Part shown: one piece after another, positions 1-9,074 of the stretch
How positions within the stretch are numbered: position 1 is the stretch's first letter
Layout: each line of letters begins with the position of its first letter
Source: a virus
Lineage: Duplodnaviria; Caudoviricetes
Strand: one strand, 5' to 3'
DNA: 64,000 nt
Virus record (IMG/VR): IMGVR_UViG_3300034073_003276
The notes under the pieces: generated by a model
The model's database searches: none
Seen by the model: only the letters and a program-made list of their open reading frames with translations
What the model was told of the DNA's origin: nothing
Made by a program: the position numbers and the translations under genes

Positions 1-102
1 AGATTCAAAATCCTCCATCGTAAGTGCTTGAGGATTGTCATAAAATTTTATAGCAAATAACAAATAATTGTCTTCATTCAATTCATCAAATCTCATAGAC
101 TA

Positions 103-963
103 TTATGCGTATGTAATAGTTCCTACACCAGAGGTTACTGAAGTATCGCCAGAAGCAATTACAACACTGTACTCTCTACCATCATCCTTATCGCTGTCAT
201 TTGCAACGGTAAGAACAGAAGTCGTAGCACCAGAGTAGTCTCCACCATTAGAAAGTACTGTGGTATCTTCATACCATTGATAGGTGAGAGGAGAATATGT
301 TGGGAAGACAGAAGCGACTACGGTGAATGTAGCATCTCCATCAGTTGCAACTCCAACTGCATCAGCAACATCAGTTACAATCGTAATTGTTGGATCTGGG
401 AATATTGTATCATCATCAGCATCAGTTCCTGCAGTGGAATCGATACCACCAGCAACTAATACTTCAGATTTAACTCTCAGATTACCGTGAGTATCAATAT
501 AAGTAGTAACTCCAACCCATCCACTATGAGAAACTGCGTAAGCAGCTGCTTTTCCACCAACAGTAATTGTTGCTGCAGCACCAACTTCTTCTGCAGTTAC
601 ACCAAATACACCAGTGAATACTGGACTTGTTGAATATCCGACAGTCTTTGATTCTGGTGCTCTGTAGATTGAATCACCAAGAGTATAAATTGGTTCTTCT
701 GAAATATTATAAGTTGATCCTGATACTGTTGTAAGACCACTTACAAATCCAGCAGTAGAAGCAATGGATAACGTGGTTGATGTAACACCAATAATGACTG
801 CGTATCCATAAGTCGCGCCAGCACCAACAGTAATTACATCACCTTCAGAAACTGCAGAAGTGAATGTAACTACACCGACTGTACCAGTTACAGCATTGGT
901 GCCAAGATTGACATCAATAGTACCGTCTGAATAAACCGAATCTTTATTGCCCCAAAGAGACAT
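103..963 (-). CDS. Putative virion structural protein with C-terminal Ig-like domain
   Basis: T/V/G/S-rich beta protein; C-terminal FTVVA...LTYQWYED...GATTSVLTV...YSVVI pattern typical of Ig folds; TATAAATA upstream. Confidence 0.6.
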   Translation of the reverse strand: MSLWGNKDSVYSDGTIDVNLGTNAVTGTVGVVTFTSAVSEGDVITVGAGATYGYAVIIGVTSTTLSIASTAGFVSGLTTVSGSTYNISEEPIYTLGDSIYRAPESKTVGYSTSPVFTGVFGVTAEEVGAAATITVGGKAAAYAVSHSGWVGVTTYIDTHGNLRVKSEVLVAGGIDSTAGTDADDDTIFPDPTITIVTDVADAVGVATDGDATFTVVASVFPTYSPLTYQWYEDTTVLSNGGDYSGATTSVLTVANDSDKDDGREYSVVIASGDTSVTSGVGTITYA

Positions 964-994
964 GTTTCCTTACCTATGAATTCTTTTCTAGAGA

Positions 995-1002
995 TATTTA
1001 TA
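995..1002 (-). promoter_or_regulatory. T4-type late (gp55) promoter TATAAATA
   Basis: Exact TATAAATA on minus strand upstream of the 963 start. Confidence 0.75.
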
Positions 1003-1031
1003 AAAAAAGGAGACCTTATAAAAAGGTCTCC
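1002..1031 (-). terminator. Rho-independent terminator
   Basis: GGAGACCTT/AAGGTCTCC stem followed by T7 on minus strand. Confidence 0.8.
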
Positions 1032-1052
1032 TCTAAATGTTTTAACTGAAAA

Positions 1053-1238
1053 TCATCCTTCTAGTTTTTTTGCCCCTCTCTTCTTCAATTGCTCTTGCAC
1101 TTGAAGAAGAATGAAAGAAAGAATACCATTGGACTTGAATTTCGTATTAGCACCCATCAGTTCTGAAACAATCAGAAGAATGGTTGCCAATGCAGCTTCG
1201 TTAGCCATAATCCAGGCCCAAATAACTGCTACAGACAT
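1053..1238 (-). CDS. Small hydrophobic membrane protein (61 aa)
   Basis: GGAGG RBS, GATAAATA at 1269-1276, hydrophobic N-half, basic C-tail. Confidence 0.65.
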   Translation of the reverse strand: MSVAVIWAWIMANEAALATILLIVSELMGANTKFKSNGILSFILLQVQEQLKKRGAKKLEG

Positions 1239-1278
1239 AATAACCTCCGTGTGAAGAGTATCCTGTCCTATTTATCAA

Positions 1279-2886
1279 TTAGTCTCTTGGAGAATCATAT
1301 TTTGCTCTTGCTTCAGATTCACCTCTTTCCTTTTTTGTGAGTCCGTGCTTAACTGCTCTTGCAACTTGTCTGTTAGTCAAGCGTCTTTGTCTATCTTCTG
1401 GCGTTTCTTTAGCACCTCTTTCTTTCTTTGGTTGGCGAGAACCAGGATTCTCTTGCCTAAACTTAGAAAGAAGATGTGGGGTTTTTGCTCTCTTAAATTC
1501 TGCCTCCACTTTCTCATCTTTTTCCGAAATAACTTCTTCAGAGGCAACCATTACAATAGGATTCTTTGCACCCATTGCTCTTGCATAATTCTTAGCAAGA
1601 TTAATTGTAGTTGGGAGAGAGCGTGGATCCTTTTCTTCCTGCTCTTTTTTTGCCTTCTTATCTGCTTGAGCAACAGTTTCTTCTTTTACTGGTTTCTGAG
1701 GATTCTGAGGATTTTTCTTTGAACCAAATATTTGTTGAATTTTTTGTGGTAATTCATCAACTGCTTTTACAACCTTTGCAGGCATATTTGGAGCACCTCC
1801 ACCACTTTTTGGTTCTACTGCCTCTTTATGAGTTGGTAGTCCTTCATGCTTTGTCTTAGCATACTTCTTTGCTTCTTTTTTGCTCATACCTTCTGCTGCT
1901 TTTGCAACCTCAGGAGATGCAGGGGTTTCACCTTTTTTTGCAGCATAAACCATACCCATAAAGCGTTGTTGTGCTTTACTTACTGCCTTTTCAGTAATTA
2001 CAGCGGCACCCATATCATAGTGAGCAAGTTGCATACCACGACCACCATTGCTGGTGCCAGGTGCTTCAGGATTAACAGTAACTTTATTTTTACCCTTCAT
2101 TACATCAATTTTTTTATCAGAATCATCATTTTCACTCTTTACCTCACCGATGAATTCTTCAGCGACACCCTTTCTCTTTTCGATTGCTGCACCACGAACT
2201 TTACGACGATTCAGAAGATACTTATCAGTCTTATCATAGTCTCCATCATTATCAATATCCTTATCTTCTTGTCCGACTGGATCTAAACCTTTTCCCGATT
2301 TTGCTGCTGCAGTTTGCTCACCCTTTTTCTTTTCTCCTTCGTAAGGCTCACCATAACCAGTCATTTCAACTGACTCGATATTTGGATTTGCACGAAGCTC
2401 ACTAATCTTTTGACGATCTGCATATCTAACATATGAGCGACCGTCTTTTCCAGTAACTCTTACTTTATATTTCTTATGCTCTGCAGTCTCTAACTTTTCC
2501 ATATAAGTTAGACGAATTGGCTCTTGCTCTTTTTCCACACCTTCAACAAATACCTTGTAGAGAGCATTCGCTACGCTTGTAGAAGCTGCATCTTCAATAT
2601 TAAAGTCTTCTGCTTGCATACCACCGCTCTTACCGAAAAGTTTTTGTTTTACCATTGTTTTCTCCTGAGCACTCATACTACTGTTTTGCATATACTGTGA
2701 ATACGCTGAGCGAAGAGGGAGCTCCTCTCTTCTTGCTCTATAACGAATATCGTAAATAGCTTGCTTTACTCTTTTTTCTGGAGACTTCTTTTCATCTCCT
2801 CCTTTTTCTTCACCACCCTTACCAGCAGGAGCAGCAGCAGGAGCGTGCTTTCTTGCTGGAAGCTCCTCAGCGATATGTTTTTTCAT
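1279..2886 (-). CDS. Highly charged modular protein, probable internal head protein
   Basis: K/E-rich; IAEE, VAEE, ITEK, VKEE protease-type sites; DKDIDNDGD loop; DUF3008-like module KAVSKAQQRFMG...TKHEGLP (from memory). Confidence 0.55.
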   Translation of the reverse strand: MKKHIAEELPARKHAPAAAPAGKGGEEKGGDEKKSPEKRVKQAIYDIRYRARREELPLRSAYSQYMQNSSMSAQEKTMVKQKLFGKSGGMQAEDFNIEDAASTSVANALYKVFVEGVEKEQEPIRLTYMEKLETAEHKKYKVRVTGKDGRSYVRYADRQKISELRANPNIESVEMTGYGEPYEGEKKKGEQTAAAKSGKGLDPVGQEDKDIDNDGDYDKTDKYLLNRRKVRGAAIEKRKGVAEEFIGEVKSENDDSDKKIDVMKGKNKVTVNPEAPGTSNGGRGMQLAHYDMGAAVITEKAVSKAQQRFMGMVYAAKKGETPASPEVAKAAEGMSKKEAKKYAKTKHEGLPTHKEAVEPKSGGGAPNMPAKVVKAVDELPQKIQQIFGSKKNPQNPQKPVKEETVAQADKKAKKEQEEKDPRSLPTTINLAKNYARAMGAKNPIVMVASEEVISEKDEKVEAEFKRAKTPHLLSKFRQENPGSRQPKKERGAKETPEDRQRRLTNRQVARAVKHGLTKKERGESEARAKYDSPRD

Positions 2887-2895
2887 GAGAAAACT

Positions 2896-4221
2896 TTACT
2901 TTCTACTCTTTTTTCTATATTTATTTATGAAATCTCTAGCACTAAGATTATATCCACTATAAGGTTTTGCTCCATATTGAAGATTTGTTTTATCACCCTT
3001 CTCAAATCCAGGTGTCATATCCGCAACATACTTGAAATATCCACTAGTTCCAACCAATGTGTTTGGTTTTCCAGGAAGTCTCATCTTCCTATCCATCTTG
3101 ACCTCAGTATATTCTCTGAGATCTTTAATCCAAGACTTAAACATTTGCCCAGATTCTGTGACACAAATCAAATAGTTTGTTCCTCTACGAATAATACGAC
3201 CAACTAAACCAGTATTCAGATTCTCAACAATTTCACCCATTTTAAAGATAGACTCTGTGATGTAATTTTCACGAAGAGATTGAAAATCAAGTTTAGGTGC
3301 AATCTCCCAAATATCCCATCCCTCTTTGACACTCATAGAACCACGAAGAATATCAAATAATTCTTTCGCTTCTGAGCGTTTTACTTCTGGAGGAAGACCA
3401 GATCTGAAAGTTTTAAAGTCATTCTCTGCAGCAGCAAGTCTCATTCTTGAAGCAGACATTCCTTCCACACCCTTTGCATCTGGGTCCCTGTCTCCTGCAG
3501 AAACCACTTCAATATTATCAAACTGATACAACTGACCATTATAGTTGTTAGAAAGTTTTTCAAACTCCTTAACTCTGTCAGCACCGCCAATGATTCTCAC
3601 ATTGGTATATCCATCATTATGTGCCATTCTTAAGACATCAAAGATAGTTTTAGTATTAGGATCATTTACAATATTGCCAGCGTGAGAGGGATAAAACCTC
3701 TGCATATATGCAATTTTAGTATCAGGGTCTAATGGATTCTTTTTCTTATCTTGACTTCTTGATGGAAATATTAAATATTGACCATCCTCATCTTGTGATG
3801 CTGATTGTGCAGCAACATCCATCAGTTGCTGGTGTCCAATTGTAGGTGGATTAAATCTACCAAAAGCAACAGTCAATGTGCCTTTTGTTTTTTCAACAGG
3901 TGGAGGACCTACTTGTTGAGGAGGTTCTTGTGCTGCTGCTTGCTGCTCTGGTGCTGGTGCCTGTTGTTGTGCTGCTTGCTGTTTTAACTCTGGATCAGTG
4001 TATCCAGGAGAAGCAATAGTTTTTTCCTTTTCAGTCTGCTTTGGATCTTTTGCACCAACTCTTTGACGCTTGTTGTAAAACTTCAATTCTCCGCCTTCTG
4101 TTTTTGCAACAAACTCACCTTGACGATCATACCATCCACCGTGCCCATCTCCAACAAGTCCAAGACGCTTTGCTTGTTGTGAGGCAGATGCTTCTGATAT
4201 AAATTGGAAAAAACTTTTCAT
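2896..4221 (-). CDS. Cytidyltransferase-like (HxGH) nucleotidyltransferase
   Basis: VAFGRFNPPTIGH motif, GGADR, MSASRMR; typical cyanomyovirus gene. Confidence 0.85.
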   Translation of the reverse strand: MKSFFQFISEASASQQAKRLGLVGDGHGGWYDRQGEFVAKTEGGELKFYNKRQRVGAKDPKQTEKEKTIASPGYTDPELKQQAAQQQAPAPEQQAAAQEPPQQVGPPPVEKTKGTLTVAFGRFNPPTIGHQQLMDVAAQSASQDEDGQYLIFPSRSQDKKKNPLDPDTKIAYMQRFYPSHAGNIVNDPNTKTIFDVLRMAHNDGYTNVRIIGGADRVKEFEKLSNNYNGQLYQFDNIEVVSAGDRDPDAKGVEGMSASRMRLAAAENDFKTFRSGLPPEVKRSEAKELFDILRGSMSVKEGWDIWEIAPKLDFQSLRENYITESIFKMGEIVENLNTGLVGRIIRRGTNYLICVTESGQMFKSWIKDLREYTEVKMDRKMRLPGKPNTLVGTSGYFKYVADMTPGFEKGDKTNLQYGAKPYSGYNLSARDFINKYRKKSRK

Positions 4222-4268
4222 TATTTACTTTAAATTATGTATCAGATACTTCTTATAATATGTATTTA

Positions 4269-5357
4269 TTAAAAATTATAGATTGGGAGCGCAGTTTGCC
4301 TGTATCTTCTTGGATATATTGCAGTCCTAGTCTCAGGAACTACTCCATTTGGCGTTTGAGTTGGTCTTCCAGATCTATAAGTTGTTATAAGAACTGCCCT
4401 ATATCCACTATTATCATCTAAAAATTCTGATGTCTGCCCATTAAGAGATTGATGACCACTAAAAGATAATCTATAGTAAATATCACCATCATCATTAACT
4501 AGGGGATTAAAAATAAATTGCCCTTGACCAATCATATGTACATTATCTGGACCATAACTACCACCATAATCAGGTCCATAAACTGACATATTGACAAGAT
4601 TTGAATCCCTAATCAAAGAATACACTGCTCTAGTAAGTCTTCCACTAGAATTAAAAGGATTATTAGAAATTCTTGGTGATCCACCAGTGGCATCATCATA
4701 TAAAGAATATAGTTTAGTCAGATATTGTTGGACTTCCGGATGATTGTATATTTTTGCAGCATCCTGAATATTTCCAGCCACTGTAGAAACTCCGCCATAT
4801 TGTCCGAAAGCTTCTGGACCTACACCATCCTTATGTGAAATGAATAATACCCCTTTTCCCAAGGAATTTTTAAACTTAAAGTCACTTTTTGCTTCACGAC
4901 CATGAATTCTATTTGGCACTTTTTCTATACCAGTAATTCCTAAAAACATACCAATACCTGGAACTAAAATATCAATGCCAACTCTATTGCCACCACCAAT
5001 ACCAGCAACTTCTTCTAATTTTTGTATTGTAGCAACAGTAGCATCTAAAGTTCTTTGCTCAGCGTCAGCGCCACCTCTACCAGTTGGTTTTCTTATTGCA
5101 GTTATTCTAAGATATCCGGTTTTACCATTTAATCTAACATTAGCATATTTGCTTCTACCAATTTGTGTAAATTGTTTAGATACTATGTTTACTTCCTGGC
5201 CAGCATTTACATAATCTACAACTTCCTTTAAAGTTATATTTTTATAAACTGGCTCATTTACTATACCATTTTCTATTGGATACTTAATATTTACTGAGTT
5301 TGGATTATTTGTAACATATTTTGCCCAATCTGCAGGTTTTCCACCAAGAGTCGCCAT
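4269..5357 (-). CDS. Putative PD-(D/E)XK restriction-endonuclease-like protein with SH3-like N-terminus
   Basis: Start reassigned to MATLGGK (5357) because the longer ORF runs through tRNA-Leu; AEQ...KSDF-x11-SHK motif; CTAAATA upstream. Confidence 0.5.
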   Translation of the reverse strand: MATLGGKPADWAKYVTNNPNSVNIKYPIENGIVNEPVYKNITLKEVVDYVNAGQEVNIVSKQFTQIGRSKYANVRLNGKTGYLRITAIRKPTGRGGADAEQRTLDATVATIQKLEEVAGIGGGNRVGIDILVPGIGMFLGITGIEKVPNRIHGREAKSDFKFKNSLGKGVLFISHKDGVGPEAFGQYGGVSTVAGNIQDAAKIYNHPEVQQYLTKLYSLYDDATGGSPRISNNPFNSSGRLTRAVYSLIRDSNLVNMSVYGPDYGGSYGPDNVHMIGQGQFIFNPLVNDDGDIYYRLSFSGHQSLNGQTSEFLDDNSGYRAVLITTYRSGRPTQTPNGVVPETRTAIYPRRYRQTALPIYNF

Positions 5358-5375
5358 TTTTTTATTTTTATTTAG

Positions 5376-5448
5376 TGCCCGTGAGAAGATTCGAACTTCC
5401 ACTGTATGGATTCTAAGTCCACCCTCTCTACCGTTGGAGTACACGGGC
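5376..5448 (-). tRNA. tRNA-Leu(UAG), 73 nt, short variable loop, no encoded CCA
   Basis: GCCCGTG/CACGGGC acceptor, GTGGA-CTTAGAA-TCCAT anticodon arm, GGAAG-TTCGAAT-CTTCT T arm, A73. Confidence 0.85.
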
Positions 5449-5453
5449 ATAAA

Positions 5454-5526
5454 TGGAGAATAGCGGATTCGAACCGCTGACCTTCTGCGTGCAAAGCAGA
5501 CGCTCTACCAACTAAGCTAATTCCCC
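5454..5526 (-). tRNA. tRNA-Ala(UGC)
   Basis: Canonical cloverleaf GGGGAAT...ATTCTCCA with G3:U70 and TTTGCAC anticodon loop. Confidence 0.97.
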
Positions 5527-5535
5527 AATAAAACT

Positions 5536-5564
5536 ATTATATCATCTGATAGGCATCAGGTCAA
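5536..5564 (-). promoter_or_regulatory. Sigma70-type promoter for the tRNA pair
   Basis: TTGACC-17 nt-TATAAT ending 10 nt upstream of tRNA-Ala. Confidence 0.75.
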
Positions 5565-5940
5565 ATAGTTCTGGATGAAGTCTCCCATACTTTCTCATAA
5601 TTTCACCCGCCTTAGCATTTGCTTCATTTTCAGCAGGACTTCCAGGATGAGAACTAATTTGTTTACCATCCATTACTTGCTTATAATGAATGAATTCGTG
5701 AGAGACTGTTCTTAAAATGTCTATAGGATGACGATTGATTATACTAATATAAAGTGTATTTCCACTCATCATCCCAAAAGTCTTATTATTCTTTGCAAAA
5801 TCAGAGTCCTCTATCAAGACATACGGAATATCATATGTTAAACGAAGTTCTCTTTTAAGGAAGACTAAAAATCTTTTAAGAAGAGCATCAAACTGTATTC
5901 TTGTAGTGGGTCTTCCTTTTCTTTTGCCAATCAAAGACAT
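5542..5940 (-). CDS. HExxH zinc-metallopeptidase-like protein
   Basis: TVSHEFIHYKQ...ENEAN motif; CTAAATA at 5951-5957. Confidence 0.6.
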   Translation of the reverse strand: MSLIGKRKGRPTTRIQFDALLKRFLVFLKRELRLTYDIPYVLIEDSDFAKNNKTFGMMSGNTLYISIINRHPIDILRTVSHEFIHYKQVMDGKQISSHPGSPAENEANAKAGEIMRKYGRLHPELFDLMPIR

Positions 5941-5953
5941 TTTTTAAAAATAT

Positions 5954-6142
5954 TTAGTTTACATTTAAAACTGCACCAATGTTATCATCAAGATCTTGAA
6001 TGACAGTACGAATATCAGTAATACGAGGAGGCACACTTTCTTCATTATAAGTGTATCCTTTTTGTGCTTCGAAAAGAATTTGACGCACTGCTGCAGCACA
6101 TCGAGCATCCATTTTCAGAGTTACTTGTTTTTCTTTAGTCAT
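5954..6142 (-). CDS. Hypothetical protein (62 aa)
   Basis: ATGA-coupled to mazG, fills the gap. Confidence 0.7.
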   Translation of the reverse strand: MTKEKQVTLKMDARCAAAVRQILFEAQKGYTYNEESVPPRITDIRTVIQDLDDNIGAVLNVN

Positions 6143-6555
6143 CGGTCGTCAGCAGCACGGTTTTCGGAAAAATATGCATCAAAAGCACCTTCAGGATAAC
6201 GCTTCAGAAGTTTTTGAACATTACGAGCAACGACATCATCCAGAGTTACATCAAGTGCCATACATGCTTGAGCAACATACCACATAACATCTCCCAATTC
6301 AATAATCAGGTGCTCACGATTATCTTCATTATAAGGTTTTCCTTGAAAAACCATCTTCTTGACAATTTCCATAAACTCACCACCTTCAGCATTAATACCA
6401 ACGGCAGCGGTGAGAAGACGCTCAATATTCGCACCCTTCTCATCAAGAGCAACTAGGCGATCAGAAAGAGAAAGAAAGTCTTTAGATGCATCAGAAGTTA
6501 CGGCATCTACAAACTCTGCATACTTATCAAAATTAACGTGTTTCGCAGTTTCCAT
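6139..6555 (-). CDS. mazG: MazG nucleotide pyrophosphohydrolase
   Basis: GINAEGGEFMEIVKK and ELGDVMWY motifs; follows gp41. Confidence 0.93.
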   Translation of the reverse strand: METAKHVNFDKYAEFVDAVTSDASKDFLSLSDRLVALDEKGANIERLLTAAVGINAEGGEFMEIVKKMVFQGKPYNEDNREHLIIELGDVMWYVAQACMALDVTLDDVVARNVQKLLKRYPEGAFDAYFSENRAADDR

Positions 6556-7934
6556 TAAAATTTAAATCCTTCAAACGACTTTTTGGGTTTTTTGTCTTCA
6601 TTATCATTATACTCATCATCCTGCCCACTGTCAAGTATGTCATTCTGGGCAGTCTGCTCACAATCATAAAGACGCATTTTAGCACGGTCAATCCCAACAA
6701 TAAATCTCTTGTAGATTGTTGGGTCATTATAACGATTCTTCAATTGCTTTACCATAATTTGACCAAGTTGCTCCAACTCTTCCGTGCTAATCAGAGCAAA
6801 CATAAGGTCGGCAGTAGCAGGCAAACCAAAACTTTCAGAAGTATCAGTCAATTCCACATCAGAAGATCCAAAACCACTTCTTGTAGTTTGTGTCGCACTG
6901 ACAATCGGCACATTGAATTCTACTGCCAGACCACGAAGTTCTTCAGCAATTGATTTGATATAAGAATAAGAATTGATAGAACTATTTGCCTTGTGCCTAG
7001 AGGAAGCACAGATATTCAAATAATCAACAAAGATAATATCTGGTTTGAATGATTTCTTCAGAGACAATTCATTCAGAAGTGCCTTGAAGTGACCACAGTG
7101 TGCCGAAGCAGTTGGATACTCTTTGATGATTAGAGTGCCTTGTGTTTTCTTGGCAAGACTTGTGACCTTATTCTCAAACATTTGACGAGGCAAATCTGTC
7201 AATTGCTGAATTGGCACATTCAGAAGGTTTGCGTCAATTCTTTCAGCAATTCGCTCCTCCGCCATTTCAAGAGTGATGTAGAGAACGTTCCTGCCTTGCA
7301 GTAGGACGGAAGAAGCAACATGGCACATAAAGAGACTTTTTCCGACACCCGTACCAGCAAGAGCGATATTGAGAGTCTTATTAGGAAGACCACCTTTTGT
7401 AATTTTGTTAAAATAATCAAGATCGAATTCAATCTTGTCTTCTTTTCTGTGATAAAATTCATAACGCTCTTCGTAATTTTGTAAGTAATCGTGACCGATA
7501 TTATTGTCAAAACTTACAGCAAGAGCATCAGATAGAATACTTGGAATCGCATCACGATTCTTCTTTTCATTATTACCATCGGCAATATGAATCGATTCCA
7601 TAAGTGCCAAATAGATGGCACGGTCACGACACCACTTTTCAGTAGTATCAAGTAACCATTGCTTTTCTACGGGCGAATCATTCAGAGACTTATTGATTTC
7701 TCTGACTTCTTTTACTTGCTCTTCAGTTAAGTCTGTGCGATTTTCTACCTCAATATTGAGTGCTTCGATGGTGATTGCTGAACCATATTTGACAATGAAT
7801 TGAACAATCTCCTCAAAAATGACCTTCTCGGATTTGCTCTCAAAATAATCTGGTTGTATGAAAGGAATGACTTTACGGGAATAATCTTCATTGTATACTA
7901 GGTTTCTAAGGATTGTAGTTTCAATTCTTTCCAT
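6555..7934 (-). CDS. gp41: Replicative DNA helicase
   Basis: AGTGVGKS Walker A, FVDYL Walker B, QLKNRY; T4-like synteny. Confidence 0.96.
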   Translation of the reverse strand: MERIETTILRNLVYNEDYSRKVIPFIQPDYFESKSEKVIFEEIVQFIVKYGSAITIEALNIEVENRTDLTEEQVKEVREINKSLNDSPVEKQWLLDTTEKWCRDRAIYLALMESIHIADGNNEKKNRDAIPSILSDALAVSFDNNIGHDYLQNYEERYEFYHRKEDKIEFDLDYFNKITKGGLPNKTLNIALAGTGVGKSLFMCHVASSVLLQGRNVLYITLEMAEERIAERIDANLLNVPIQQLTDLPRQMFENKVTSLAKKTQGTLIIKEYPTASAHCGHFKALLNELSLKKSFKPDIIFVDYLNICASSRHKANSSINSYSYIKSIAEELRGLAVEFNVPIVSATQTTRSGFGSSDVELTDTSESFGLPATADLMFALISTEELEQLGQIMVKQLKNRYNDPTIYKRFIVGIDRAKMRLYDCEQTAQNDILDSGQDDEYNDNEDKKPKKSFEGFKF

Positions 7935-8491
7935 TACTTATAATGCAAATATGTGCTCATGATATACTTTGGACCACTTATTGTAGCATTTCCTTTATGT
8001 GGAAACATCCAAAGTGGTGGGAACACTAATAATGTTCCTTTCTTCGGTTGAATAGTCAAATCTTTAAATACGGTTTCCCCACCTGATTCTACATCATTCA
8101 AATACCACATGAAAGATAAAAATCTCCGTGCAGAAGGATAGTCTAGCACATCAACATGAGTATCAAAACGATCTTCACCACCAGGATTATACTTCTTTAT
8201 ACGAAATTGCTCAAAAGCATGGTCTGTAGGAAACACTCTTTTATCCACAAATTCATAATACTTATCACGATAAGTAAAAACATTTTTAATTACATGATTA
8301 TGAACTTGATTGACCTCAGAAGAAATTTCCTTGTTTTCAGTTAGATTAAACTGGGTAAAGTTTGGTTTTCCTTCATTCTCAAATCTTTCATGCTTATCTG
8401 TTACCTGCTCAAATAATGAACTCAAGAAATCACAGATATCAGACTCTAAAGCGTTTTCATAGATGTGAATAAAATCATTAACTTCATCCAT
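7934..8491 (-). CDS. 2OG-Fe(II) oxygenase
   Basis: HVD...WYLNDVESGGET...FPH...KY pattern. Confidence 0.9.
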   Translation of the reverse strand: MDEVNDFIHIYENALESDICDFLSSLFEQVTDKHERFENEGKPNFTQFNLTENKEISSEVNQVHNHVIKNVFTYRDKYYEFVDKRVFPTDHAFEQFRIKKYNPGGEDRFDTHVDVLDYPSARRFLSFMWYLNDVESGGETVFKDLTIQPKKGTLLVFPPLWMFPHKGNATISGPKYIMSTYLHYK

Positions 8492-8493
8492 AA

Positions 8494-9072
8494 TTAATCT
8501 TCCTCTATATAAAAAATATCTGGATAATTTCCACTTTTTGCCCTATACCTCAATTGTCTTAAGGTTAAACCTTTTGCCCCACCATTTCTAAAACATTTGG
8601 AAGAATCTTCCCATATTATACCGTAAACCGATATTTTTTTTGAGTTGTAATTACTTACAGATTTTTTTATCTCACTTATCAAAGAAGCAGTTTCTGTAGA
8701 ATTAATTTTTCCAAGTTTATTCAGTAAGATGCTCTGCTCCCTTTTCTTTTGTTTATATTCTTCAGATTGATGCGATTGTTTCCATTTTTCAGATTTCAAT
8801 CTTGCCTCCGTTAGTTTTTCACTATCCCTTTTACATCGACTAACTTGATCTTCATAAATTTTAGTTAATTCTTCATCGGATAAATTTCCACCAAGAAGTT
8901 GAAAAGCATATAAATCAGATATATTTTTATATACTAACCAACGACGATAATGGACTTCTTGGTGAAGTTTTCTTGGAAGTTTAACTAAATTACTTGAATC
9001 GTCAGTGCCCCCTTCATGTTTCGGAATAATGTGGTGTGTGTCTATAAACATATATATATGGTTAGTAACCAT
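8494..9072 (-). mobile_element. Free-standing HNH homing endonuclease (start may be ATG 9051)
   Basis: HHIIPKHEGGTDDSSNLVKL...H motif; AT-rich; between uvsX and the oxygenase; GATAAATA at 9076-9083. Confidence 0.85.
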
Positions 9073-9074
9073 AC

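Noticed and set aside
5358-5450. N-terminal 31-aa extension of the 393-aa ORF
   Set aside because: It runs through tRNA-Leu; the late promoter and ATG at 5357 give the plausible start
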